Counted from the first letter of the stretch, positions 8,886 through 19,976 are shown. The stretch: 64,000 bases of DNA from Candidatus Aenigmatarchaeota archaeon (GCA_043814985.1 JBDRJK010000019.1:32001-96000), one strand, 5' to 3'. Notes: a model not told the origin generated them from the letters alone. Translations and numbers: made by a program.

Positions 8886-9908
8886 CTATAGCTGGAAAAA
8901 GCTGCCGAATATTGTGCTAATCAGGAAGAATGCCACTAGGAAAACTGATATTGCTCCCAGCATGAATAATGGTATGAATTTAATACCATTCTTCTCCTTG
9001 CCCGTCTGTATCAGTCCTATTATCAGTGACCCAAAGAAGGTTGTGATAGCTATTGAGGTTATGGCAAACCAGAACAGTTGGTCAGGGGTTATCTGTGGGG
9101 CGCTTGCCTGTGAGAGAAAACCACCTGCCATCTCAATGCTTCCACTCGCTTCTACGCCTCCTAACACCTCAGGCGACCACAACTTTGTCATGACCTCCAC
9201 GAAGAACAGGCTCATGGCATACAGCATGGGGGCGCCTAAAACAGCTGCAAACAGAATGAATATTGAATAAGTTGTGACAGATGCTTTTATCTCCCTTTTC
9301 ATGGCCTGGGTAACCCTTATGTTGTTGGCAGTCTCCTCAAGCAAATGTGCCAGCTCGCCTCCTGATTCAATGCCTTCAATCAGCAGCTTGACTGCCTTGT
9401 CAAGAATATCGGATTTCACCCTCTGCTTTATTTCCAGAAGTGCGATTTTGATGGGCTTTCCACCAACAGTCTTTGACCCGACTCTCCTTATCTCTTCCTC
9501 AAGCAATCCGAACTCAGGCCTTGCTGCAAGAAGTATTGCCCTGTCAACAGTCATGCCAGCCCTTATGTTTGCTGACATCAGCTGGAGAGCGTCAGGCAGT
9601 ACCTTCTCTATTTCCGCTGCCCTTGAGTCTGCTATCAGGATGATTAGGACTTGAATAATGCCCAGTGTCAGCCCTCCTATTCCCAGTCCTATTATGATTC
9701 CAGTGATGCCAAGGCCTATGAGAAACAGGTCAAAGGCAATTACCAGCCCTAGGAATATTGAGAAAAAGAAAGTGAAGCCTATGAACCTCTCAATTATGTT
9801 TTCCTTGACGCCCGCATATATTAGCTGCTTTACGAGAGATTGCTTGTACTTCATAGGTGTGTAATAAAACAATTTCTCTCTCATCTTGCCGAGTTTTTTC
9901 AATTTCAT
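8886..9908 (-). CDS. TadC/T2SS-F family pilus assembly membrane protein
   Basis: LPDALQLMSANIRAG, SGGELA.LLE, multiple TMs. Confidence 0.9.
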   Translation of the reverse strand: MKLKKLGKMREKLFYYTPMKYKQSLVKQLIYAGVKENIIERFIGFTFFFSIFLGLVIAFDLFLIGLGITGIIIGLGIGGLTLGIIQVLIILIADSRAAEIEKVLPDALQLMSANIRAGMTVDRAILLAARPEFGLLEEEIRRVGSKTVGGKPIKIALLEIKQRVKSDILDKAVKLLIEGIESGGELAHLLEETANNIRVTQAMKREIKASVTTYSIFILFAAVLGAPMLYAMSLFFVEVMTKLWSPEVLGGVEASGSIEMAGGFLSQASAPQITPDQLFWFAITSIAITTFFGSLIIGLIQTGKEKNGIKFIPLFMLGAISVFLVAFFLISTIFGSFFQL

Positions 9909-10781
9909 CTATTTCACCATCATAGGCCTCTTTGTCTTGATTATGCCCATATAGAAGTATTGGAATATCGAAAGTACCACAATTATTAGTGGGAATACCA
10001 TTTCAGGGATTACAATGCCGGAAAACGAGGACAGAATTATCATGAATGTGATGCCTAGTGATGGCATTATCACAGCAACCAGCATGTACATCAGGGTGTA
10101 GGGCCCCAGCTCCTGCCCGTACTTTCTTATTGCAATCATCTGGTCCTGTGTCAGTGATCTGACACAGGATTCTAGGACGCATGCTATGTCTCCGCCCACT
10201 TTCATTGAATTGGTCAGCTGCCATATTGCCCTCCTGAAATGAAGCGAGGGGTTCCTCAAAGAGGCTCTCTGAAAGGCCTCAATTGTCGATGTCCCTGCAT
10301 TTATTTCCATGACAATTGTTCTGAATTCATCGCTTATCTCGCCGTAGCCCTGGCTGACGCTGAGTATTGCATTGAACAGCGGAACCCCGGACTTTATCTC
10401 TATCAGTATGTGCTCTAGGGCGTTCAATAAATCTGACTCGAGCTCTTTCATTCTTCTTGTTGCCACAAGTTTCGGGTATCTGATTAAATAGAAAAATACG
10501 AATACGGAAAAAATAGAGCCTACAACCAACGGAAGGACAATTTCAGGCCTTCCAGCTATGATGCCCACTAAAAATATGAGCAGTGTCAGGACGCCGAAAT
10601 AGAATGTTGTTGTCAGGGCTATGATGGATGAGTATACCTTTGGATGCAGTTGAATCTCAGCCTGATAGAGGTCTAGCTTTAAGGAGGGGTTCATCTTCCA
10701 GATGACGTTCCCGAATCTTTCAAAAACCTTGGACTCTTTGATTGCCTTTCTCATAGGGAATGGTACAAACGGTATTCCCAT
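9909..10781 (-). CDS. TadB/T2SS-F family pilus assembly membrane protein
   Basis: IEIKSGVPLFNA, GGDIA..L, multiple TMs. Confidence 0.88.
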   Translation of the reverse strand: MGIPFVPFPMRKAIKESKVFERFGNVIWKMNPSLKLDLYQAEIQLHPKVYSSIIALTTTFYFGVLTLLIFLVGIIAGRPEIVLPLVVGSIFSVFVFFYLIRYPKLVATRRMKELESDLLNALEHILIEIKSGVPLFNAILSVSQGYGEISDEFRTIVMEINAGTSTIEAFQRASLRNPSLHFRRAIWQLTNSMKVGGDIACVLESCVRSLTQDQMIAIRKYGQELGPYTLMYMLVAVIMPSLGITFMIILSSFSGIVIPEMVFPLIIVVLSIFQYFYMGIIKTKRPMMVK

Positions 10782-10782
10782 A

Positions 10783-12333
10783 TCAGCCAGCCTCCTCCTT
10801 TATCTCCTTTAACAGGGACCTGCCAATTAATTTTTCAGGCTTCCCATTCTCTTCAACGACTTTCAAAACTCTGTCCTTGTCGTGATAGTACTCAGCAACC
10901 ACCTTTCCAACAGTGTTGACAGTTTTTATGTTGTTCTGGAGCATCCACTCAAGTATCTTTTCCTTCTCTTTCAGATCAATCTGCATCTCATCGTCTGTCA
11001 TTCCAGTATGGAGCCTTATTTCATTCAACAGTCTGACGCTGTTCTTTACTTTTTCAATTGTATCTGTTGCTGGTCTCCATCTGTACAGGATTTCCAGTCT
11101 TGATGAGAACAGGCTCCTCCCTTCCCTTCCTGGAATGAACTCCGCAACTTCAAGAGTCCTTCTTATACCGTATCTTCTATGCCTGTATTGGACAAGGACC
11201 AGATGCAATGATTCCAAAAGGCTCTCAGGCAGGTTTATTGGAGGGTTGGTCAGCCTTCTCACTACCTGTTCAGCCCTGTCTGCGTGCAGAGTAGCGTAAA
11301 CACTGTGACCAGTGTGCATAGCCTCAAATAGAACTTCTGCTTCCCTCTGCCTTCTTATCTCTCCTACCACAATCCTGTCAGGCCTCATTCTTAAAGAGTT
11401 TACTAGAAGGTCAAGCATAGAGACCTCTCCCTTGCCCTCGGGGTTTGGTTGCCTTGTTGTCAATGGAATCCAGTGCAAGAAATCAGGGAGCCTTAGCTCT
11501 CTTGTGTCTTCTATTGAAATGATCCTCTGGTTTGGCGGCATGAAGGCCATTAAGGCATTCAATATAGAAGTCTTTCCAGACGCAGTGCCGCCAGCTACAA
11601 GTATGTTCAATTCGTACTGTATGCATAACCATAATAAAGAAGCGACCTCAGGGGAGATTGTTTTTATTTTTGGATCTATGAAGTGGATTATTGTCCAAGG
11701 ATCTCTCCTGAACTTTCTTATTGTTATGGTGTTTCCTTTTGATGAAATGGGAAACAATGTAGCATTAACCCTGTCACCGGTCGTGAGGTGGGCGTCCATC
11801 AAGGGATCTAGATTTGTTATCTGCCTCCCGACCTTTCTCCCAATAAGGCTCGCATAGTTGTATATCTGCTCCTCAGTGGGCACAACCAGGTTTGTTTTTA
11901 ACCAACCCAGCTCCTTGTGGAAGACCCAGATTGTTTCTGATGAGTTGTTGATAACAATTTCTTCCAGATTGGCGTCGTTCAGCAGGACTTCTATTCTACC
12001 CAATCCGAGCATCTCGTGAACTAAATGGCCTGCTAGAATGTTTTTTTTGTTTTCATCCAGCGCCGGGAGCTCATTTGATATAGACTCTCTGGCGCTTTCT
12101 ATGAATCTGTTTTTTATGCTTTCATTTGCCTTCGGGTCGAGAATCTCTGATATCTTGATCTTAACTACTTCTATCAGCCTCTCCTTTATGGAATCCAGAA
12201 CTGCCTGGGTTGCAGGCTCTATTGTCGGGAACCTGACCTCGTAGATAGGGGTGTACTCATCCGGCTTTTTTACTATTTTAACTTCTCCGGGAACATTCTC
12301 TGAAATTATAGTATAGCTTCCTATTATTTCCAT
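10783..12333 (-). CDS. TadA/CpaF/VirB11-family pilus assembly ATPase
   Basis: GGTASGKT, IEDTREL, LRMRPDRIVVGEIR, TGH...TLHA. Confidence 0.96.
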   Translation of the reverse strand: MEIIGSYTIISENVPGEVKIVKKPDEYTPIYEVRFPTIEPATQAVLDSIKERLIEVVKIKISEILDPKANESIKNRFIESARESISNELPALDENKKNILAGHLVHEMLGLGRIEVLLNDANLEEIVINNSSETIWVFHKELGWLKTNLVVPTEEQIYNYASLIGRKVGRQITNLDPLMDAHLTTGDRVNATLFPISSKGNTITIRKFRRDPWTIIHFIDPKIKTISPEVASLLWLCIQYELNILVAGGTASGKTSILNALMAFMPPNQRIISIEDTRELRLPDFLHWIPLTTRQPNPEGKGEVSMLDLLVNSLRMRPDRIVVGEIRRQREAEVLFEAMHTGHSVYATLHADRAEQVVRRLTNPPINLPESLLESLHLVLVQYRHRRYGIRRTLEVAEFIPGREGRSLFSSRLEILYRWRPATDTIEKVKNSVRLLNEIRLHTGMTDDEMQIDLKEKEKILEWMLQNNIKTVNTVGKVVAEYYHDKDRVLKVVEENGKPEKLIGRSLLKEIKEEAG

Positions 12334-12342
12334 GAGCGCACC

Positions 12343-13182
12343 TTATTTTACTAGGCCGAAAAACCTGCTCTTATTTTTAACATGCTTCTTTTTCTCCTCC
12401 AGCTTCCTTTTCATTTTATTAGTCCTTTTCTGCATGTCATCTTTCTCGGCTTTCATTTTCTCAGTTTTTTTATCGTGTTTGGCAAAAAGTTTTATATGGA
12501 ACCTGGGGGGTCTGGATTTCTTGGTTATCAGTTTCAGTAGTTTTGCTTCCTGGTTTAGTTTCCCAATCTCTTCTTCTATCTCCTTTTTGGTTGCCTCAAG
12601 CTCCTTTGTCTTGCCGCCGTGATTTTCTATCATTTCTATCTGTTGGTTTATTTTTTCTTCCATCTCTCTGATGTCTTTTCTGATGTTTTCAAGGTTTTTA
12701 CTTACAGAATTTGTAATTGCTTTTATTTCATTTGAATCCTTTATCATCTCCCTTCTCTTCCTTTCTATTGGTTCCAGGTTTTTCAGGTTTCTGTCAAGAT
12801 CCTTTATTTTTTTGTGGAGCTCCTTTTCTATTTTTCCGAATTTTCTGCTTTTCAATTGGGTTATTTTTTCAGTCTTTTCAATTTCCCTGTCAAATTTTTC
12901 AGCTACCTTCTCAATCTTGTCCTTCTTCTTCTCAAAGTCCTTGCCCATTTTTGTTAACTTTCTCCCTTTGATGTCTTTAAGTATTATTTGCGGTTCTCCC
13001 AGAGTAGGATATATGAGTTCCACGAATCCATGCTCCTCCAGAATCTTCACCCACTCCTCGACCTTTGACGTCTCCACCCCTAGAATTGAGGCTGCCCTGT
13101 TTAGTGTTATCTTCCTCTTCTCCTTTAGCAGTTCCACAAGTTCGTCAACAGGAGTTTCTATTTTCATCCCTTTATCACCCAT
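12343..13182 (-). CDS. Winged-HTH-like N-domain plus long coiled coil, pilus-operon associated
   Basis: IETPVDELVELL...VEEWVKILEEHG then K/E-rich heptads. Confidence 0.7.
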   Translation of the reverse strand: MGDKGMKIETPVDELVELLKEKRKITLNRAASILGVETSKVEEWVKILEEHGFVELIYPTLGEPQIILKDIKGRKLTKMGKDFEKKKDKIEKVAEKFDREIEKTEKITQLKSRKFGKIEKELHKKIKDLDRNLKNLEPIERKRREMIKDSNEIKAITNSVSKNLENIRKDIREMEEKINQQIEMIENHGGKTKELEATKKEIEEEIGKLNQEAKLLKLITKKSRPPRFHIKLFAKHDKKTEKMKAEKDDMQKRTNKMKRKLEEKKKHVKNKSRFFGLVK

Positions 13183-13271
13183 ATATCTCCCTATTAAATT
13201 ATCAATATTGTATTAATAATATACTTTTCTGATATTAAGCTTATTTTTTATATCAAAGATAAATTAATTAT

Positions 13272-13811
13272 ATGAGAAAACTATATTTATTACTTTTAGT
13301 TATTGTCATGATTTTGATTACTGTGGTCATTTATTACTTGACTTCATCAGAGCCTTCTTTTATTGAAGTTATTCAGGAACAACTGCAGGAACAGGAAACA
13401 GAGGCTCCTGCTGAATCGCCTGTAACACCAGTAGAGCAAATTGAAAGAAATACTAGCGGTACTGGCGGAGGTGGGGGTACAGGAGGTGGTGGTTCAGACA
13501 ATAATACTATTATTAAGGTCAACTATACTCTAACTGTAGACTCTTTCCCACAGAATTTGAGTGTTCTTACTAACTATTCAATCAATGGCATTGACATGAC
13601 TTTTGAACAAGATACACCTTACTCAGCACTTATAGAATCTGGGACAATAGCATGTGCTTTATTGACATCTAGTGTGAAGGGAGGAACTGTTATAACTTGG
13701 GAATTGGATGGTCAAGAATGTGAACCTTATTTATGCTCAGGTTTTATTGGATGCGGTGTTCTCATGGATGGTCATCATACAGTTGCTGTTCACTATAGCA
13801 CACCTAGTTAA
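13272..13811 (+). CDS. Membrane-anchored secreted protein with Gly/Thr linker
   Basis: N-terminal TM, GTGGGGGTGGGG linker, Cys-containing beta domain. Confidence 0.7.
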   Translation: MRKLYLLLLVIVMILITVVIYYLTSSEPSFIEVIQEQLQEQETEAPAESPVTPVEQIERNTSGTGGGGGTGGGGSDNNTIIKVNYTLTVDSFPQNLSVLTNYSINGIDMTFEQDTPYSALIESGTIACALLTSSVKGGTVITWELDGQECEPYLCSGFIGCGVLMDGHHTVAVHYSTPS

Positions 13812-13814
13812 AAA

Positions 13815-15029
13815 TCAAGTTATCAAATCATTTATCCCATAACCAATTGCGTTTTGTGTGTCTATTTTGAACCATGTATAAACAGGATTGTAATTACTGT
13901 TTCTGATTTCAGAACCTACTATGTCATTCCAGTAGTTATAATCAACACAACTGGCCAAAGTATTCACAGAGACACTTGCAGCTGTTAGGTCTGGTAGATA
14001 AACAAAAGTTTCTAATCCGTAGACGTATTCTGGAGAAAGTGTAATTTTACCTTCCAATCTATCCAAAAAACTTGCACCAACACTTGAGTTGTGATAAAAG
14101 CCGTTTACTATATCCGATGTCAAATTTCCCAAATCCCAGACCTTCTTTGTGTTTTGATCCAGGTATATTTTTGAGTTGTTTGCTATTTTTTCTCTTGCCC
14201 CCGAAGCTCCTGTTATTGCTCTTCCAATTAACAGTGGTGGAATAATTGTATCGCCCTCAGAAACAACGCCTTTGAATATGGCTGCTATGGCTTCCTTGCC
14301 TGCCACAGTGTCTGTTACAAGTATCTTTTCGGCGTAAGCAGTTGTCAAGTCAGAGGAGTTAATTACAAAGGCATCGCCGCTAGCATATCCAGAAGAATTG
14401 GTGCCTTCAACCAAATAATTAGTATACTCACTGGAATTGGAAGCTCTTATGAATCTTACCACGCGACCATATGTGTTGAGAGGGAAGGTGGGATCCTCTA
14501 CACCCTCGATGGATACCAATGCAGAAGCTGTAATATTTTTTAGAATCCCCATGATTTCTATTTTGTCAGAGACATTGATTGAGACATTAACATTGAACAA
14601 AAGGTTAAAACTGTCACTTTGATTTATGTGGATTTGGATGTTTTGGAAATCAACATTAAAACCAGACCTGCCTGCTATCTCCACTATTTTACTTTTCCAA
14701 GTCTGCAGGTTGCTTGTGTCTACCAAAGGAGCAGACTCGCCATAGAGAGTTCCGTTTTCAACCATCTCTTTAAGCCTGAGCTGTGAATTATCAAGACCTG
14801 TCCCGTTTACAACAATTTTTGAAACAGCAGAAATTAGAGACCTTTTGCCGTTTATTTCCACGAATCTGGTCAAGTCCCTTTCTATGCTCTCAGTAAAATA
14901 GTCTAACTCATTTGCCCTTATCTCAACATCTATGTTCCCAGTCTGTATGTTTTCTGAATAGAATAATAATAAAGATAGAATAGGTATTAACATCAACGCT
15001 GTCATGATACTGTAAAATATGCCTTTCAT
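13815..15029 (-). CDS. Pilin-like secreted protein
   Basis: MKG|IFYS followed by a hydrophobic helix; last gene of the minor-pilin operon. Confidence 0.7.
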   Translation of the reverse strand: MKGIFYSIMTALMLIPILSLLLFYSENIQTGNIDVEIRANELDYFTESIERDLTRFVEINGKRSLISAVSKIVVNGTGLDNSQLRLKEMVENGTLYGESAPLVDTSNLQTWKSKIVEIAGRSGFNVDFQNIQIHINQSDSFNLLFNVNVSINVSDKIEIMGILKNITASALVSIEGVEDPTFPLNTYGRVVRFIRASNSSEYTNYLVEGTNSSGYASGDAFVINSSDLTTAYAEKILVTDTVAGKEAIAAIFKGVVSEGDTIIPPLLIGRAITGASGAREKIANNSKIYLDQNTKKVWDLGNLTSDIVNGFYHNSSVGASFLDRLEGKITLSPEYVYGLETFVYLPDLTAASVSVNTLASCVDYNYWNDIVGSEIRNSNYNPVYTWFKIDTQNAIGYGINDLIT

Positions 15030-15030
15030 T

Positions 15031-16953
15031 TTAAACCCATAGTTGTAACTTTATTTGCACAGGTCCCCACATATAAGGAACCCCTGCAACACTAACAGAC
15101 TCAACAACAATATCTATAGTTGAAACCTCTTCTCCCAGTATATCATTTAACCTTTGGATTGCATCGTCTGATGCGCCTGTTTCATTAACGAAAATATCCC
15201 CATAGCTGACCGAGGCTGGTATCAAGAAGACTGTGTGACCCAAGGAGTTTCCAGGATTGATGCCATAACCTTGAGAGAAATTTAATTCAAATTTATTATC
15301 ACCAGCAATTAGAATACCATCTGGATTTATGTCATGACCAAACCTGACAAATTCTATTATAAGAGGATTGCTGGATGGGTCAGATGGGTCATGATTATAG
15401 AGGGTGTAATCATTGGATTTTGCTAGCTGCTGGGGATCTGAACCACTGTTATAAAGCCATGCAAGCTGCCATTTAGACAAGAGAGCTATTTTGTTGGTTA
15501 GATTGTAGTCCCATCTTACATATTTGTAAAAACCCACAGCAGACGTTGGGTCAGCACCAACATAGTTATCCAATGTTCTCGTTATGTCAATATAATTGTA
15601 GACTTCTTCCAGTTCAGAATAGTTTAGACTAATATAGGAATCCTCTGAAACGATTACTCTCTCATAATCTGTGAAACCATATCTGTAATATTCATCAATG
15701 TCAGCCATAAACCAGAAATATCTACCACTTAAATCATCATATGATATTCCTTGAGAGGTCAGGATGTTTTTTATTTCTTCGTCATACCATTGAACAATTC
15801 CGTTTGATACATCCTTTGTGCTGATGTTATAAAACCTACCATTCCATATGAATTTTAATGTTACATTTTTTACCTGTGTTTCATTAGTAAGGTTTAAGCG
15901 AACACTCATATTGTAGATGTCACCTACAACAAACACTGGTTTTTTGTATCTTATTGGCATTTCTGATTTTACAGTTTGGAAGTGTTGTTTTTTGAATGAT
16001 TGCAGTGTTGTAAGCTGTGTTGTGTTGTAACGGACAACGAAATGTGTTGCTCCGTCGTCTCCTCCCTCACAACCACCTCCAGCATTTTCATCAGGGTTTC
16101 CCCATCTGTATTCAACATAACCTATATTTCTTCCAGTATGAAGATAATCTCTTAAATCATCATAATCTAATAAATGACTACCACCGTCTTTTGGATCTCC
16201 TGTACTTTGGAATAAAAATTGACCATTTAAGAAAATTTTGAACTTGTCATCTACCCATGAAGATTCCACGAACCAATATGCATCAGTAATGTTAGCATCT
16301 GTTGGTACGTCTATTATGTAACTGATATTAACTGTATTGCCGTTGGCTCCTGCACATTTATCACCCTGATCAAATTTAGAAATGCTGCTGTATATGACAT
16401 CCCCCATCACAATTAGGGTGTTGCTCTTTTCCACTGACCTTGCCAAAGCTCTTGCAACATAACCTTCTGTTGCCCTGTACTTCTCATAGCCCGAAGCTAT
16501 TCTGTTAGAAGATATGGATATTGTTGAATCACTGTAAGCAGGTCTTGCTGTGTCAGAAGAATTGTAAACATCATCATTGTCTATCAGAATCCTGTATCCA
16601 AAATTGCTGGGCAAGAAGGTGCCCAAAATATCTTTTGTTATGTTTGCTGCTTCTTCAATTCTTCCTGCTGACCATAGAGAACCTATTATGTCTATGGTGT
16701 TCTTGTCCAAGTCAGTCTCATTCAGAACGCCGTTTGACAGATATATATCAGTCAAATTTTGGGAAGTGACTTCACTAAGCTTAGATTCGGAAAAAATAGT
16801 TAAAACGTCTTCTGACATAGAATGTAGTTGCTGAGCTGCCAAGTAAGGATAATTAGATTCTATTCTGATGAACATCAAACTTGAAATTATAACTGTCATT
16901 ATACCGAACGCTATTATGGAATCCAAAGTCAGTACTACGCCTCTTTTATCCAA
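15031..16953 (-). CDS. Large pilin-like adhesin candidate
   Basis: MDKRG|VVLTLD followed by a hydrophobic helix; 640 aa. Confidence 0.7.
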   Translation of the reverse strand: MDKRGVVLTLDSIIAFGIMTVIISSLMFIRIESNYPYLAAQQLHSMSEDVLTIFSESKLSEVTSQNLTDIYLSNGVLNETDLDKNTIDIIGSLWSAGRIEEAANITKDILGTFLPSNFGYRILIDNDDVYNSSDTARPAYSDSTISISSNRIASGYEKYRATEGYVARALARSVEKSNTLIVMGDVIYSSISKFDQGDKCAGANGNTVNISYIIDVPTDANITDAYWFVESSWVDDKFKIFLNGQFLFQSTGDPKDGGSHLLDYDDLRDYLHTGRNIGYVEYRWGNPDENAGGGCEGGDDGATHFVVRYNTTQLTTLQSFKKQHFQTVKSEMPIRYKKPVFVVGDIYNMSVRLNLTNETQVKNVTLKFIWNGRFYNISTKDVSNGIVQWYDEEIKNILTSQGISYDDLSGRYFWFMADIDEYYRYGFTDYERVIVSEDSYISLNYSELEEVYNYIDITRTLDNYVGADPTSAVGFYKYVRWDYNLTNKIALLSKWQLAWLYNSGSDPQQLAKSNDYTLYNHDPSDPSSNPLIIEFVRFGHDINPDGILIAGDNKFELNFSQGYGINPGNSLGHTVFLIPASVSYGDIFVNETGASDDAIQRLNDILGEEVSTIDIVVESVSVAGVPYMWGPVQIKLQLWV

Positions 16954-17441
16954 AGAATTACCTCCAGTATTATCTTTTTCACTTCGCCTTCTATTTCAGA
17001 AATTCCTAATCTTTTTATCAATATGGCTTTTTTCACATTAGACAAATCACTACCAAAAGAATATGTTATGCCACCACTTTCTATCAACTGCCCGCTTTCG
17101 TTTTTTACTGATAGATACAAATCATAATTTCCAATACCTAGCATATTCCTAACAATGTCATAACTCATAGTTTTCAAATGTTCAAATTTTGTTATGTTCA
17201 ATTTACCAGAATCAAAAAGGCCTATAACTTTAACATTGGAAGGGTTCCAGAACTCAGGATTACCGCTGGTTCTTACTAATGTGTCTGAAACGCTTATAGC
17301 CTTTCTATGCATTTCATTCAGACTATATTGTTCATAAATGTCTGTTTGAAGATTACTATAGTAAACTCCCAGAATGATTACTACTGATATGAATATCATA
17401 ATGCTTATAAAAAAATCTGTTGAAAACAATTCAGCTTTCAA
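16935..17441 (-). CDS. Minor pilin-like protein
   Basis: MKA|ELFSTDF followed by a hydrophobic helix; G.P..W motif. Confidence 0.72.
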   Translation of the reverse strand: MKAELFSTDFFISIMIFISVVIILGVYYSNLQTDIYEQYSLNEMHRKAISVSDTLVRTSGNPEFWNPSNVKVIGLFDSGKLNITKFEHLKTMSYDIVRNMLGIGNYDLYLSVKNESGQLIESGGITYSFGSDLSNVKKAILIKRLGISEIEGEVKKIILEVILWIKEA

Positions 17442-17835
17442 TTATTATCAACCCACCTTGGTTTTTGATCCTGTTTGTTCCTGGACTTACATTCCCAGAT
17501 ATCTGGTCTGTTATTATGTTCGATATAACATTACTACCATCCCACCTTATTACTACAATCCTAGCATCTTTGTCAATCTCCACAGAGTAACCATTCCTGT
17601 CCACGAGTTTTTGAGATATAGTAAATTCTCTGTAGTAACCTTCCATCCTTGCCGCAGTGTTAATTTCATATGCTATCTGATTAACTATATCTTGTGCGTT
17701 TGCAAAAACTCTTGACTCGTTTACGTCCCTTGTCTTAACTCCAATTATCCCAAAATAGAAAACAAAAAAAGCAAGCAAAATCCCCATAAAGATGATAAAC
17801 TCCATGGAAATTTCAGCCTTCCGTGACGTTGACAT
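17431..17835 (-). CDS. Minor pilin
   Basis: RKA|EISMEF class III signal peptide. Confidence 0.75.
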   Translation of the reverse strand: MSTSRKAEISMEFIIFMGILLAFFVFYFGIIGVKTRDVNESRVFANAQDIVNQIAYEINTAARMEGYYREFTISQKLVDRNGYSVEIDKDARIVVIRWDGSNVISNIITDQISGNVSPGTNRIKNQGGLIIIES

Positions 17836-18217
17836 AGTTATCCTCTGCTATAATCTTTATTTTTTTCATTCCAGAAATGATTGAGATGTTGCCCTGCAAG
17901 GGGGCTTTTGATATTGCAAAAATGTCATTGGGCGCCGAACCTATGTTGACAGTCATTATCATGACGTTATTGTTGAACTCAATCGAATCTACCCTTTCTG
18001 GGATGTAGACTGAAAGTGTAATTTGTGAAGGTTTCCCCTGCGTGTACACTATGTTAGCAGCTTCTACTATCTTGTTGACAGTTGTTATCGCGTTTGTCAC
18101 TCTTATATCTTCCCTGTTTCTTGCAGTCATCTGCTGAGAAAAAAGAACTAAGATGCTGAGTAATGTGAGAGCTATAGAAAATAGCATCATGTATTCAAAA
18201 GCTGCTTGGCCACGCAT
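17813..18217 (-). CDS. Minor pilin
   Basis: MRG|QAAFEY class III signal peptide; start reassigned to 18217. Confidence 0.8.
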   Translation of the reverse strand: MRGQAAFEYMMLFSIALTLLSILVLFSQQMTARNREDIRVTNAITTVNKIVEAANIVYTQGKPSQITLSVYIPERVDSIEFNNNVMIMTVNIGSAPNDIFAISKAPLQGNISIISGMKKIKIIAEDNYVNVTEG

Positions 18218-18302
18218 AAATATAATATATTTTCCTTTTATATAAGAAAATTTATACCAAGTGAACTCTCCGCCAATACAGCTAATCAAAAAACTTTAAA
18301 TC

Positions 18303-19976
18303 TTGTCAAACAAATCTGTTATTATGCCTAAGAATTTCTGGAATTCTTTAAAAGAAGAAATAGCCAAGAGCTTGGAAGCTAGTGTTGAAGAGATAGAGGA
18401 GCCAGAGAAATACGGGGACTTTGCATACCCGTGCTTTAATCTCTCAAAGAGGATGAAGAGGAATCCCAATGAGATAGCCAAGGAACTGGCAAAAAAGACA
18501 AAGGTAAATTTTATAGAAAAGGTTGAAGCCACAGGACCTTATGTCAATTTCTATGTTGACTGGTCGAAATTTGGGAACAAGCTTCTGGAAAGTATTGATG
18601 ATGAATACGGCTCATCTGAAGAGAAGGGTACTGTCATGATGGACGTTTTCCAGGCAAATCCCTTCAAGGCCTTTCACATAGGTCATGTGAAGAACGCTGC
18701 TACAGGAGAAGCAATAAGGAGAATGCTAGAAAAAACCGGCATGAAGACAGTTACTGTTAACTATAATGGTGATGTGGGCATACATGTGGCCAGATGGTTA
18801 CTTTATTATAATAAGTTCTGCAACGGGAAAGTTCCAGAGGACTTTACAAGGTTCTCTGGCGACATATACGCAAAGTCTTCTAAATTGTCCAAGGAGGACC
18901 CCAAGTTCGAGGAAGATGCGCAGGAGCTTAATAGGAAGCTAGACCAGCGGGACCCATCAATAATCAAGCAGTGGAAGAAATTCAGGGACCTCTGCTACAA
19001 GGACATTGAAAGAATACGTAAAGATATCAATGTAAAAGTAGATGCGATGATACCTGAAAGTGAATGTGAGGAGCCTGGCAAGAAGATTGTTATGGAACTC
19101 TTTGAGAAAGGAAAGCTTGTCAAGAGTGAAGGAGCAATCGGGATAGACATGGAAAAACATGGTCTAGGGTTCTTCATATTATTAAAGTCTGATGGGACTG
19201 CGATATACGCTACAAAAGACTTTGGACTGTTTCATCTGAAGCATGAAAGATTTGATTTTGATCGCATGATGTATGTTGTCGGGTCAGAGCAGAACTTTTA
19301 TTTCAATCAACTCTTCAAAGCTTTTGATCTGCTCGGTCTTTATCCTATTGAGAAGAGCAGGCACGTGTCTCATGGTATGGTCACACTAAAGGACACAAAG
19401 ATGGCTTCTCGACTTGGTAACGTGATAACTTATGAGGAGCTCAGAGATATAATGACAAAGAAGGCCCTAGAGGAAATAGAAGCCAAGAATCCTGACATGG
19501 AAAACAAGGAGGATACTGCAAAGAAAATAGCACTGGGTGCCATGATGTTCCAAATGCTTGACATGGAAAACAACAAATCGATAAAATTCGACTGGGAGCA
19601 GGCACTTGACATTCAGGGGAGATCAGGACCATATCTGCAGTATTCGCTTGTCAGAGCCCTTAACATAATAAATAAAGATAAGGTCAGTAGCTTTGATGCT
19701 TCATTGCTGAAAGAGGATATTGAACTGAAATTAATGAAGAAGATAGCAAAGTTCCCCGATGTTTTGAAGAATGCCACTGAAAACTACTCCCCAAGCATTA
19801 TAGCCAATTATCTCTTTGAGTTGTCTCAAATCTTTAATTCTTTCTACCACTCAGCTCAAGTCCTTAAAGCAGAAGAATCTTTGAAGAATGCTAGGCTGAA
19901 GCTTGTCGATTCTGTTAGTATAGTCTTGAAGTCTGGTATTTACCTTCTCAATATTCCTTTCTTAGAGAAGATGTAA
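18303..19976 (+). CDS. argS: Arginyl-tRNA synthetase
   Basis: GDFA, GPYVNF, NPFKAFHIGH, KSDGT..Y, KMASR.G, GPYLQY. Confidence 0.97.
   Translation: MSNKSVIMPKNFWNSLKEEIAKSLEASVEEIEEPEKYGDFAYPCFNLSKRMKRNPNEIAKELAKKTKVNFIEKVEATGPYVNFYVDWSKFGNKLLESIDDEYGSSEEKGTVMMDVFQANPFKAFHIGHVKNAATGEAIRRMLEKTGMKTVTVNYNGDVGIHVARWLLYYNKFCNGKVPEDFTRFSGDIYAKSSKLSKEDPKFEEDAQELNRKLDQRDPSIIKQWKKFRDLCYKDIERIRKDINVKVDAMIPESECEEPGKKIVMELFEKGKLVKSEGAIGIDMEKHGLGFFILLKSDGTAIYATKDFGLFHLKHERFDFDRMMYVVGSEQNFYFNQLFKAFDLLGLYPIEKSRHVSHGMVTLKDTKMASRLGNVITYEELRDIMTKKALEEIEAKNPDMENKEDTAKKIALGAMMFQMLDMENNKSIKFDWEQALDIQGRSGPYLQYSLVRALNIINKDKVSSFDASLLKEDIELKLMKKIAKFPDVLKNATENYSPSIIANYLFELSQIFNSFYHSAQVLKAEESLKNARLKLVDSVSIVLKSGIYLLNIPFLEKM

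Noticed and set aside
8914..13216. Many + strand ORFs across the pilus operon
   Set aside because: Antisense shadows of well-supported minus-strand genes
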